Source: Felis catus (taxonomy: Eukaryota). From it: 64,000 nucleotides of DNA. How positions within the stretch are numbered: position 1 is the first letter of the stretch; each line of letters begins with the position of its first letter. The translations under genes and the position numbers were made by a program. The stretch spans positions 91,946,001 to 92,010,000 of the forward strand of contig NC_058380.1 of the NCBI RefSeq assembly GCF_018350175.1, in the 5' to 3' direction. Positions 47,401-59,276 of the stretch are shown here, one piece after another. The notes beneath the pieces were generated by a model, which was not told the DNA's origin, ran no database searches, and saw nothing but the letters and a program-made list of their open reading frames with translations.

Positions 47401-50400
47401 CCAACATCTCCTGTGGTCTAACTTTCGGAACCTAGTCATCGTGCAGTCTTTACGCCTCGTAGGGTGTGAAGCGGTATGTCACCGTGATCTGGATTTGCAT
47501 TTCCCAGATAACTAATGATGTCGAGGATCTTTTCGTGGGCTTATTAGCCACATAGTCGAAACAGCTGAATTAAGTCTTGGGGCAACAAAAGCAAAAGCAA
47601 GCAGCTGGGACGACATCAAACTAAAAAGCTTTGGCACAAAAAAGGAAACCATCCACAGAATGAAAACGCAACCTACCGAATGGGAGAAGGTATTTGCAAA
47701 TGACATGCCCGATAAGGGATTAATATCCAAAATAGTTTTAAAAACCCATACAACTCAACACCAAAAAACAATCCATCAAGAAAAAGAGAGGGGTGCCTGG
47801 GTGGTTCAGTTAGTTAAGCGTCCAACTCGATTTTGGTTCAGATCATGATCCCAGGGTCGTGGGATCAGGTTCTGTGCTGGGCACGGCGCCTGCTTACGAT
47901 TCCCTCTGCCTCTCCCTCTGCCCCCCTGCCTCACTTGCGCACACACTCTATCTGCCAAAAAAAAAAAAAAAGGACAGATGGGGGCACCTGGCTGGTGTCA
48001 TCAGTACAGCATGTGACTCTCGATCCCGGGGTTGTGAGCTGGAGTTGGGCGTGGAGACTACTTAATAAAATCATTAAAAATAATAATAATAACATAATTT
48101 TAAAAAGTTAAAAATGGACAGATGACCTGAACAGACATTTCTCCAAAGAAGACATCCAGACGGCCAACGGACACGTGAAAAGATGCTCGACATCACTCAT
48201 CACCAGCGAAATGCGAATCAAAACCAAAACGGGGTATCACCTCACGCCTGTCAGAGTGGCCAGTAGCGAAAAGACAAGAAACGACACGTGTTGGCGAGGA
48301 TGTGGCCCCAAGGGACCCTCAGGCCCTGTTGGTGGGGACGTGAGTTGGTGCAGCCGCTGTGGAAAACAGTACGGAGGTTCCTCAAAAAAGTCTAAAACAG
48401 AATTTCAAAACAGAAGTAATTCCACTTCTGGGTATTTACCCGAAGGCAATGAAAACACTAATTCTAAAGCTACATGCTCCATCATGTTTATAGCAGCATT
48501 GTTTACGACAGCCAGGGTGTGGAAGAAGCCCGGGTGTCCATCAGGAGATGAACAGAGAAGATGTGGTGACGGAAGCAGCCCGGGTGTCCATCAGGAGATG
48601 AACAGAGAAGATGTGGTGTGTTCACACAATGGGGTACTAATCAGCCACAGAAAAGAATGAGATCTTGCTGTTCGTGACGGCACGGAAGGAGCTAGAAGGT
48701 ATTGTGCGAAGCGGAACAAGTCAGAGACAGACAAGCACCATGTGATTTCTCTTATACATGGAATCTGACAAAACAAATGAACAAAGAAGCAAAAAAACAG
48801 ACTCCTTAAATGCAGAGAACAAACCGATGGTTGCCCATGGCGGTGGGGGGGGGGGCATTGACAAAACAGGGGAGGGGGAGTGAGGTACAAACCCCCGGTA
48901 ATACGAAAAGCAAGTCACGGGACGAGAAGTACGGCACAGGGAATACGGCCCACGACACTGTACTGAGTCTGTAAGGGGACGGTTGGGGCCACACGGAGGG
49001 TGGGGGGTGGGCACTTTTATTGTCTTCTCTGGGGGCAATGTCCCCCGTGTACAGGCCATACTGTCTTTTTCTCTGCCTGTCTGGTAATTTCGGGTTGAGA
49101 AACGGATCATTTCAAGAATGTGGCAGTCTAGAAACCTGATTCTTTCTAACTGACCAGGGATTTCAGCGAGACCATAAAGAACAAAGAAAACAGACTTTAG
49201 GGGGCTCCTGGGTGGCTCAGCGCGTTAAGCGTCCAACTCTTGATTTCGGCTCAGGTCATGATCCTGGGGTCATGAGACTGAGCCCCGAGTCGGGCTCCAC
49301 GCTGAGCACAGAGAGTTGCTTAAGATTCTCTCTTTCTGTCTCCCTCTGCCCCTCTCCCCCACTTGTGCTCTCTCTCTCCCTAAAATAATAATAAAAAAAA
49401 ATACAGACTTTATAAAAGTCATTAAACAAAGGACCGTAACGACATAACAAGAAACAGGAAACATACCCAGGGTGGGGGGAGGGAGGTCTGGCTCAAGACT
49501 GTCGCAAGCCAGAGAGAGCACCCAGTCCAGGGCGAGTTATAATGCCGGAACACTTACTTTTCTTACTGAATGTCACCTCTTTTTTTTTTTTTTAATTTGA
49601 GTTGGACGCTTAGCCAATTGAGCCCCCCAGACGCCCCTACGCCTGTCTTCTTTGACCTCATGGCTCTGTCTTGGGGATCCGTCCCACACGTCAACTCGCG
49701 CGACAGTTGAAAAGATCGACGTCCAACGTGGGTCGCTGAAACATCATTGCAAAAGCCCCAAACCGTAGACAATCTAGAACCGGTAGGGAGTAGGTTGAGT
49801 GCCTGAAGTCCAACACTCCTCGGCCATTACAGACGGGGACGGGGCTCCCCGGCGCGGGTGCCAAAATATAGAGGGGCCATCACGGCATCTTCAAGCCACC
49901 CCCAAAGACAGTCTGTCACGCACTACGCCAAGACGCTTAAACCAAGTACCACGTGCCCATATCGACGGCCTTAAAAATTGCAACTCCGGCCGCAGGAAGC
50001 CTCCCGGGGCAGCTATGATTGGGTGATCGGGAGAGGCCTGTGGCTCCAAACTGGGCACTATTACCCTCGTGCGGGGGTGGGCGTGTTCATTCTTACCCAG
50101 GATGAAACCAGTCTGAGAGCCTGAGTTCTTCTGCGGGAGGCCTGCGAGCAAAGGGAAAACCGAGTTATTATAAGTCACCCATCCGTTCGGCAAATATTTA
50201 CGGAGCACCCGCGGCGTGGCGGGTGCCGTCCGGCACTGGTTCCGCGGCTGTGGCCCTACAGCCTTCACACTGCCCTGGGGGAGCTGAGGAGGCGACCAGC
50301 GGCCCCCAGGCTTAGGGGCTGCCGGTGGGGACAGGCTCTGGGTATGTAAGTGGTCCATCCGACCCGATTTGGGGGTCAGCCGAGCCACGCGGAGAGGAGT

Positions 50401-53041
50401 TATCTCCGCGCGTCTGGAAGGGGACACGTGGTCAGGAAGAGGGGCAGGGCGAGGAGGCGATGGCCACAGTGGGAAGGCAAGAAAGGGCTTGTCCGCGTGT
50501 TGCTGACTTGTGCGGATTCAGCGTCCTCGTCCCCCGCGGAGTGGCTTTGCCGTGTTAGTGTGAACGGGCTGGAGAAGGAGTCAGTCGTCGTCTTTGGTTT
50601 TCATCTAAGTACGTGATTCACCTCGAGTTCTGTGGTGCTTTAACGAGCGCATTAGGTGGCTTGCTCCCGTAGTGCTGGGACGTGCTGTCCGTAAGGGAAG
50701 AAGCTCGAGAGGGCACCCCAATTTCATTATCGGACTCTCCAGGATCAGACTGTCAAAACCCAGACGGCCAGTGCCGAGCTGCACTAAAACCACGAAGTGA
50801 CAAACGGCCAACTCACTACAAAGTGGCCTCTCCTTTAGACTGTCGGTGTCACGGGCTCCTGGGGCCGTACCGAGCGTTGGAGGAGTGGAAGACGCGGTTG
50901 GTTGAGGAGGGGGTCCTGACCTAAAGACGCCACCACCCCGGAGAGAGGGGCCCAACGCACGGCGGAGCCGGCCTCGTCCCGGGCGGGCGGGGGAGGGGCT
51001 GAGCCCACGGGACGCAGGGAAGGGCGCCTGGCTCCCTGCCGCCCCCCGTCCCCGCCCGGTCTGGCCCGACCACCCACGCTGTGTGCCTACACACCCAGCT
51101 GCTTGCAATGCGGCCGCCTTTACGGACCCCACGAACCTGCACTGGCGTCTTCTAATCACCGAGCAGCAAACCGTCACACGGACGTGTGGTCCTCCTGGCT
51201 TCCCCACGGGCTCCAGGGACAACAAAGCTTGCGATGCGGGACTGTCATCTCTGTCCTGCTCCCTGAACACCCCTCTCCTTGGACCTGCCCCCACCACACA
51301 CACACACACACACACACATACACACTTGCCTAACAGAGACGCACCGTGTGCAGAATATTCCCGAGCTGGTAGGCAAGAAAGCTGACTTTCTGGATGCCTC
51401 TGGGACTTTCTGTCTCTGGTTTTCCATCCCTTCTGGCTTGATCACCACTGGAACCGCCTGGCTCCTCCTGGCTTCGCTATCAATCTGCAGGGTCTTTTTT
51501 TTTTTTTTTTTTTTTTGGTGAGAAAGAGTGAGTGTGCGCGGGGGAGGGGCAGAGAGCGAGGGAGAGAGACAAAATCCCAAGCAGGATCCATACGGTCAGC
51601 GCAGAGCCCAACGTAGGGCTCGAACCCACGAACCATGAGATCATGACCTGAGCCTAAATCAAGAGTCAGACGCTTCACCGACTGAGCCCCCAGGCGCCTG
51701 TGGGTCTTTATACAACAAAGCTTCTGGCCACGAGATGCTCCTTCTGGAGGGAGGTTTTCCAGACAAGATACAGGACCACCCCCCCCCTACCCCCGCCATG
51801 TGAGTTTAACATACACTGCGTGGCCTTTTCAGATTGGCTTCCTGTTCTTTGTGACCCGCATTTAAGGCTCACCCGTGTGTTCGTGGCTCCGTGGCTCCGT
51901 GGCTCATCTCTTTTTAGTGCCGCATAACATCGCCTGGTCTGGACGCACCGCACTTTATCCGCTCACCCCTGCAGGGCATCTCGGTCGCTTTAATTCTCAT
52001 TAACTGCGAATAAAGCTGCTATAAACACCTTGTGTCGGTTGTTTGTGGACACAGTGTTGAGACCACTTGGATAAGTTCTCAGGAGCATGATTGCTAGGTA
52101 ATTGGAGAGAGACTGTGTTTAGCTCTGGAAGAAGCCGCCAGACGGTCCTCAGCGTGGCTGCCCCGTGTTGCGTGGCCCCTGCCGCGAACGAGACCCCACT
52201 GCCCTGCGTCCTCGCCGGTGCGTGTGTTGTCGGGTTCGGGATTCGGGTCGTTCTCACGGGCGTGTGGCGGGGGCTCCTTGTTTGATCTGCAATTGTGTCG
52301 TGACACACGATGTGCCCGTCTGCTCCCTGCGTAGCTTCTTGGGTGAGCTGTCCTTTCGGATTTGCCATTTTAATTAGTTGTTTCCTTGTTGTTGAGCTGT
52401 AAGAGTTCTTTGCATATTTTGGACACAAGCCTTTTATCAGATGTGCGTTTTGTGAGGGCTTCATGTTTAAACATGTTCTTTCTCACAATATGATGCCTTT
52501 CCAATAGCTCGTGGGGAGAGAGCCCTGCTCCTGAGGCCGTGGTGAGGAGTGGGGAGGGGTCGAGGATCGGGAGAGAGGCGCCCCCTGGGCCACGCCTGCC
52601 GCTGTGGCTCGGACGCCGGTCATCGTGGACACAGGCTGGGACTGTTTGTCTGGAAGAGCAGCCCCGTGCTATCGCCGGCCTTGCTTCCCTTTTCCGTCAC
52701 GACTTTTATTGTGCAAACTCCCGATGGGCGTCTACCTCAAGCCTCTGGACCGTCTGCCTCCCCTCCGTCAAGAATGGAAAAGCTCCCGGGAGCAGGTGCT
52801 TGGGGTCAACGCTGCTCCCTCAGAAACAACCCTTAGCCATCGCACGGTGCTTCGTCCCACGGAGGGAAGGGAACTTTCCAGAGTGTTGTCAACGTCTGGC
52901 CAAAGCCCAGCACCCCACCCCATCTGTGCCAGTCACTACGGGTTGTGATTCCCTGGCATCTATTTACCTGAGACGATGCTCCAGCAGCAGGAAGGAAAAC
53001 ACACATGAAACCAGCACCACAATCTTTCTCTTCAAATTCAT
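44413..53041 (-). CDS. GLT6D1: Glycosyltransferase 6 domain-containing protein 1 (GT6; ABO/GGTA1/GBGT1 family), 306 aa
   Basis: Coding exons 53041-52968, 50141-50097, 45658-45521, 45076-44413 (921 bp, GT-AG, all phase 2). [66 protein letters not shown]...[40 protein letters not shown]...AQLHAWWY...PYERRP...GDFYY...[19 protein letters not shown]. Type II membrane anchor; neighbour of LCN9 as in other mammals. Confidence 0.95.
46240..49000. mobile_element. Intronic L1 cluster: + ORF2 fragment (~46240-46870), - 3' end (~46880-47550), + 3' end (~47570-49000) with SINEs at ~47790-48100
   Basis: ORF remnants [41 protein letters not shown]. Confidence 0.85.
48521..48618. repeat. 50-bp direct tandem duplication inside L1
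   Basis: ggaag(a/c)agcccgggtgtccatcaggagatgaacagagaagatgtggtg at 48521 and 48571. Confidence 0.95.
49200..49400 (+). mobile_element. Can-SINE
   Basis: Full body; TSD acagacttta on both sides. Confidence 0.92.
51294..51325. repeat. (CA)n microsatellite
   Basis: Direct reading. Confidence 0.95.
51495..51699 (-). mobile_element. Can-SINE
   Basis: Long T-tail and antisense body. Confidence 0.9.
51800..52460 (-). mobile_element. Old L1M 3' end, strongly GC-shifted
   Basis: gaataaagctgctataaaca and gttgagctgtaagagttctttgcatattttggacacaag motifs. Confidence 0.75.
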
Positions 53042-56000
53042 CGTCTCCTGGGCGAAAAAGGAGAAGAGGAGGAGATGTCAGATAGTCAACATTCACACGC
53101 CTTTGCCACTTGCAACCATGGTTTACAACGTCTAATCTGCAGACATGGGGACACCAACCACAGCCCCTGCTTCCAGAACGCTCGGCCAGCAGCACCAGGC
53201 CGGCCGGGGTGGGGGTGGGGGTGGGGGGCTCTGTCCTCCCGCAGCTCCTCGGGGCGCCGGGTGCCCTCCCCGGGACCGAGTGCAGCGGCCGTGGTCCTCC
53301 TCGATTGCTCAGCGAATGCCACCCGCGTGGCAGAAAAGAGACGCATGAAATCTCCCCCATGTCACGGCTGGGAAAGTAAAGCGAGGTCACGAGAGGAAGT
53401 CTTCCTGAACTAGGAGGCGTGGTATGTCCCCGGAGTAGATCTCTTGTTCTTTTTTCTCCCACAGATAGTAGGATGGCTCATTTGTCCCAAGACTAAAAGG
53501 GGGTTTAAACAAAAACTACGAGCTCCCGCGAAGGTCGGTGCTTGTAGACAGGGATTAAAGCCCAAAGCGTAGGCCCTACATTGAAATGTGGAGCTCGGCT
53601 CCAGCCAGCCCCCCGAGCTCACACTGGAAGGTTTACGCGGGGTTTCTGTTCACACGTCTGGAGGGTTACGTGGCCGAAGCAGAGCGGAGGCCTCTGATGC
53701 CTCACTTCTGAGCACTCAGTTAACGGGCAAGAGGCTCTCGATCCGCGCTGAGCAGCTCAGTCGCCACCAGCCACGTGCGGCTGCTCTGACCTCAGCTGTC
53801 CCCCGAGTGCACAAAACACACTGAAGGCAGACGCAGGGGAAAGAAAGGAAGTAAGGGATCTCCTTAATAATGTCACATTGGTACGATCTTGAAATTATAA
53901 TAGGCTGGGTCTACCCAACTAAGTGCCGATACGCTGTGAAAATTAATCCACTCGTTCCTTTTAGCTTTGACAACGTGGCCACTAGAAAAGTGGATGCTGC
54001 AAATGCCGTTCTTCCGCCAGACGGTCCGCTTGGACAGCACCGCCCTGGACACGGCTTTCACGCCCGTGACGGGCAACGGGCCACCACTCGAATTCAAGGG
54101 CGTCAGAGATGCCAGGTAGAGGGGGACGGAGGGGTCTCTCTAGCATGTGCCCCGGTGACACCGCTCCAAGCAGGTGCCACTGTTACCACAACCCCTCGAG
54201 TTTTTCCACACCCCCCCCCAAAGGGTCCCTGTACCTCGGCCAGGAGGATGGAAGAGCCCAGGTGGGTGTTTCCCAAGCGTTCTGTCTCCGGGTCTTTGTG
54301 AAATCACAGGCCGGACCCTGTGCCCTGCTCTCGGCGATGGTCAGCCTGCTGCGGATGGTGACGTCGGCAGACCCTTTGATGACGCGGACGTCAGGAAGTC
54401 ACAGTCATAATGATGCACCTGCCAGCGGGGGCTTCTCACGGTTGCCAGACGACGGGACCTTGTCCCATCCGGAAGGCAGAGGACATTTCTGAGTGCTCCT
54501 TTGCCTTTCGCTTCCTCCGTTTTCCCTCCTCGTTCTCTAGGGACCGACCCTTACCCACCGCGGGGTGTCTTGAATGGTGCGTGCGCTCACCCACACGGCA
54601 GAAAGAGCGTGCCCACTTCTCTTTCTTCGTCCTGCAGGTGACGTCCACCCCAGCCCAGGAGCGCGTCCCTCGTGCTCCCCAGCAAGCCTACGCAGGACTC
54701 CCCTCTCCGACCACAGAGGTGACACGTTCCTGTGCCGTGCGGCCTGTCGGGTCCACTAGCGAGCAACGAAATCACAGTCACGCGTGACCCCTGCGTCCTG
54801 ATCTGTGGTCGTAACATGAGTCTTCCTTTACCCTCCCCTTTGGAAATAAAGGCGCCGTTATTACTGGGAAAGTGGCACGTATGTGTGGCGTCTCCACCCC
54901 CCAGGGCTGCGTAACAACTTGTCACCGCAGGGTCGTGTGCCCGCACAGCAGAGGGAGCCCGAAGTGCGGGAAGCAGGTGTGGGCACGGCGTGCTCTCCGG
55001 CCTCGGTGCAGGTGGGGGTCCCCGGCGCCCCCCCCCCGCCCCGCTCCCAGGCTCCTGACTCCGCCCTCCCGTGGAAGCTTCTCCCGTGTGCCCGAGCTTC
55101 CCCGTGGCGCCCCCGACTGCTCACGCCTGTCTCTGCGCACTCTGCCTCTGGGCGGCCGGCCTGGCGTTCTCAGGAGACCCGGGGGAGGGGCCTGCCCATC
55201 CCCCAGGAGAGGCGCCGTCCGGCGCCCGGCCCCGGAGAGCCTGACCTGGGTGGGCCTGCTTCTCCCAGCAGCCACGGCTGGCCTGGAACACGCATCTCCC
55301 CTCTCCTCCACCGGCCCCCGTGACACCGCCTTCACCTGAAAGTCAAGACCAGCTTTGGCTCGTTTTACGTTTTCTCCCAATTTTTCCGTTCGAGCAGGTG
55401 CTGAGTTCTGTGCTAAGAGAAATTTGCGTAGAAAAGCGGGAGACCGAGCTGCACTTGAGGGCGTGCGCTCGTGTGTGAGTGCCGGTATGTGGGTGTGCAC
55501 GTGTGTGATGGTGTGTGCGTGCGTGCGTGTGTGTGAGCACGTCTGTGCCCGTGACCGTCCAGTGTCTGCGGCGCGGAATGTCGATGGCCGTGTCCAGAGG
55601 CGGAGGCGGCCCGGGAGGACAAGGGCAGTGGGCAGAGGCTGAGGCCGCGGGGGGCCGGGTCTGAGTGAGGGAGGCTTCTCTCGTAGAGGGGAATCCGGCA
55701 CATTCCACCGGCCAGCGTCCCCCCCATCTTCAAGGGGGCTTCAGGTCCCTGAGCCAAGGGTCAGAGGGAGTCGCCGTCGTGAACCGAACGCACCCGCCCC
55801 GCCCCGCCCTCGCACTGCCTCGTGTCCCCGCCTGGCCTTTGCTCAGTGATGGAAGGACTCGTACCTGAGACCACGCCGTGGGGGCAGCACCTTCTCAGAG
55901 GAGTCCCTGAGACTGTGGCTGCGGGACTCACCCGGTTTAGGGAATCCCGACTAAGCCCCTCCTCCAAGGACAGCCGGACTTAACATCTTTTAGATCACTT

Positions 56001-57139
56001 TGTACCTGCCGAGGGACCGAGGGAGGCCGGGTTTGGTCGGAGGGAGAAGTCGCTGCCTCGGGGGTGAATCAGACAGGGAAGGGGACCCCTGGGAACCGGA
56101 GCCCGATAACGAACAACGAAGCGGAATGGGGGGCGGGGCGGGGACCCGTTACTTCGGGTGCCGTGTTCCAGAAGCCACACACCTGAACAGGACAGAGGCG
56201 TGGAGACAGAACCGGCCGTAACGGGGGACGGCCAGGGAGGGGGCCCTTCCCCACGAGGGGCCGGCCAGCAGGCTGGAGGGCAGCGAGGCGGCAGGCAGGC
56301 CCCGGTCACCACCACTACCACCTGCCTGGTCTGCCTCCCCCTCTGCCGGGAGAACCCCTGGGACCCGGCAGGTGCTCAGTGAAACAAAAGTACCCCATCA
56401 GTGCATACGCTGAGACCCGGTGTTTTACACAGGATTGGGGGTCCCACGTCCTGCTCAGTCCCGGCCCCCGACCACCAGCCAGCCTTGTGCCCGCACGCAG
56501 CACAGGGAGACGGGGGTCCTTCCACCACTGCTCCAGACCCTGGCCAGGAGGGGGCAGGGTAGGGGTCAGGCCCACATCTGTCTGAACCCCCCTCTCTGTT
56601 CTCCAGACCCCAAACCTCAAAACCTCTGTCTCGTTCCGGCCCCTCTCCTGGGAGTCGGCACTTCCTGGGCTCCGTGGACCTTCACTCCGAGTCCACGGTC
56701 GCATCGTCACGGCCAGGACAGCTGCACAGTGTCCTGTGTGCTTAGCTGCACGGGCACGACGATGCTCTCAGGCCCAGACACGTAGGCCGGGCGGGGACGG
56801 GAACTGCAGGGCCGTCTGCTGCCCAGCCCCCCGGGGCGCGGAGAGGCCAGCGAGGCCCCAGCATCATCGGGGCCTCTGCAGCCCACGGGGGCTCCGGCCC
56901 AGGGTGCCTATCGCCCACCCTGCCCGACCGGACCTCCCTTTGCGGCCTCTGACCTGGCTGGACACTCCGTCCAGGTGGACTCCAGGGCGCTCCCGTCATA
57001 GGCTCTGGGACATCCATGAGGGGCGGGGGTGGGTGGCAGCGGTGGCGGCCTTTGGCTGTGTTCCCGGCACTCAGAGGAAGGGTGGGGAGGACAGGCTGTG
57101 CTGGGCACAGAGGGGTGGCAACCGTGGAGCAGAAAGGGG

Positions 57140-57145
57140 TATAAA
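57140..57145 (+). promoter_or_regulatory. LCN9 TATA box
   Basis: TATAAA starting 42 bp upstream of the ATG. Confidence 0.8.
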
Positions 57146-57181
57146 GGCAGTGGGCCGCAGGTGAGGCCCCCACCAGAGGCC

Positions 57182-59089
57182 ATGGCTCTCTTCCTGCTGA
57201 CCCTGGGGCTGAGCCTGGGCTCCGCCCAGGAGCTCAACCCCCAGGCCATTGTGCAGAAGAACTATAACATGGCCAAGGTGGGTCTGCGGTCTGAGTCTGG
57301 GCCTCCCCTGGGGGCTGGGCTGCGGGGCGTCTGTCCTCCCTCCATCCAGGGTCTTTGACCTGTGACCGGGCCGCTGCTCCTGGGGGCCTGCTTCTCTTCC
57401 CCCAGCTGAGAGGGCAGGGTGGGTCTCTGGGAGGACGGGGAGGTCTCTGGAAAGGCAGAGGGGGACCTCGGAGGACAGGGGCTGTCCCCAGGAGGGAACA
57501 GTGATCTTTGGGAGGATGGGGGTATCCCTGGGAGGGCAGGGGGTGCCCAGGAGGGCAGAGGGGTCCTTGGGAGGATGGGGGGGTTCCTGGGAGGACAAGG
57601 GCGTCCCTGGGAGGGCAGAGGGAGTCCCTGAGAGGATGGGGGGGCTCTGGGAGGGCAGAGGGGGACCCTGGTACGAGGCCACACACCCAGGGCCTGCAGG
57701 AAGGAGTTACCAAGAAGCCCCAGGGCCATGCCACACGGGCTCCTCGTGCGTCTGCGGGGCCTCGCCTGCAGGTTTCAGGGATCTGGTATCCGGTGTCCAT
57801 GGCCTCCGACGACATAAAGCGGATCGAGGAAAACGGGGACCTGAGGGTCTTCATCCGGAACATCGAGAGCCTGGAGGACGGGCGTCTGAGATTCCATTTC
57901 CGCACCATGTGCGTGCTGACCGAACTGGCTGCACCCGTATCGCGGGAGAGAAGGCCGCGCCCGGGGCCGGGTGGGGGCTGAGGGAGGCCGCCCAGCTCAC
58001 GCCCCGCTGGTTCGCAGGGTGCACGGGGAGTGCGAGCACGTGGCCATGGTCTGCGAGAAGGCGGAGAGGGACGGGGAGTACAGCATCAGCCGTAAGCGGA
58101 GGCGGGCGCTGCCCCGTCCGTCTGGCGGCAAAGCGCCGCGTCTCCTCGGGCCCTCGGCCCCTACCCGGGGCCCTAGGGGGGCAGGTGCGCCAGCCCGGGG
58201 CCGGGGGAGGGGGCGCATGCCGCTGCCACCCACGCTGCCCAGGGACCCCCGCCCGGAGTGACACCGCTCCCCCCGCCGAGGCCCACCGGCCCACCGTCCG
58301 CACCCACGGCCGCTCAGCGCACCCGGCCCACGAGCCGTGGGTGCCGGGTGCCGGCGGCGGGCAGGGGCCGCTCTGAGCCGAGTGTCCACACAGATGAGGG
58401 GGATAATACGGTGCTGCTCTCGGAGACCGACTACAGACAGTACATCATCTTCCACCTCCGGAACATCAGGAACGGGACACAGACCACCATGCTGGCGCTC
58501 TATGGTACCGCCTCCTGACCCCTCCCGTCGGGCCTCAGGGTCCCCCTCCTCTGAAGACAGGCCCTAGGCCGGTGGGGGTCTGGCCACGTCCCGAGGACAC
58601 CACCTGCCAGAGCACCCACAGTCAATCACATAGGGTGGGGTTGGGGCTCCCAGGTCCAGGCTTCCGAGCCGCGTCTGGGCCCCCACCTTGCACGCCCCGT
58701 CTGCTCAGGGCGCCCCCCACTTCGGCCTCAGCACTGCCTGAGTCCCCCGCCCCCCCTCCCGAGACCTCCACACACCGTCCCAGGGGAGCAGTGAGGGAGC
58801 CCAGCCCCTGCTGCTGCGTCCTCAGGACGGGTGCCGGACCTGGGTCCCAGCTTCCTGGACAGATTTGAAAAAGTCTGCAGAAAGTACGGACTGGGTCCGC
58901 AGAACATCATCAGCCTCGGCAACCAAGGCGAGCCTCCCGCCTCCTGCGCCAGCAGCCCTGGGCCAGGAGTGTTCCGGAGAGTCCCGGGGCCTCAGGGCTG
59001 GGGGTGGAGGCCCCAGAGAGGCTCCATCTGAGACCCCCCCCACCCCCGGCTCTGTCTCCCCAGATGCCTGTTTCAAATACAGGAGGTAG
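57182..59089 (+). CDS. LCN9: Epididymal-specific lipocalin-9, 181 aa
   Basis: Exons 57182-57277, 57772-57908, 58018-58091, 58394-58504, 58826-58927 (GC donor), 59064-59089. MALFLLTLGLSLGSAQELNPQAIVQKNYNMAKVSGIWYPVSMASDDIKRIEENGDLRVFIRNIESLEDGRLRFHFRTMVHGECEHVAMVCEKAERDGEYSISHEGDNTVLLSETDYRQYIIFHLRNIRNGTQTTMLALYGRVPDLGPSFLDRFEKVCRKYGLGPQNIISLGNQDACFKYRR. The exact C-terminus is less certain. Confidence 0.92.
57426..57671. repeat. G-rich ~20-bp minisatellite (~12 degenerate units) in LCN9 intron 1
   Basis: ctgggagg(gcaga/atgg)ggg... units. Confidence 0.85.
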
Positions 59090-59276
59090 AGACGCCCACC
59101 CAGGCCTGACGGTGCGTGAGCTTGGCCTCAGGGCGGGCGTGGGGGCTGAGGCAGCACTGGGCGCCGTGGAGGAGGCCGGGGGCAGGAGGGGGCCCGCTTC
59201 CCCAAACCCACCCCTCACCCTGTCTGCGGGGTTTCCCCGCCGAGTGGCGGGGAGCCTTCTGGGGAGGAGCCCACCC

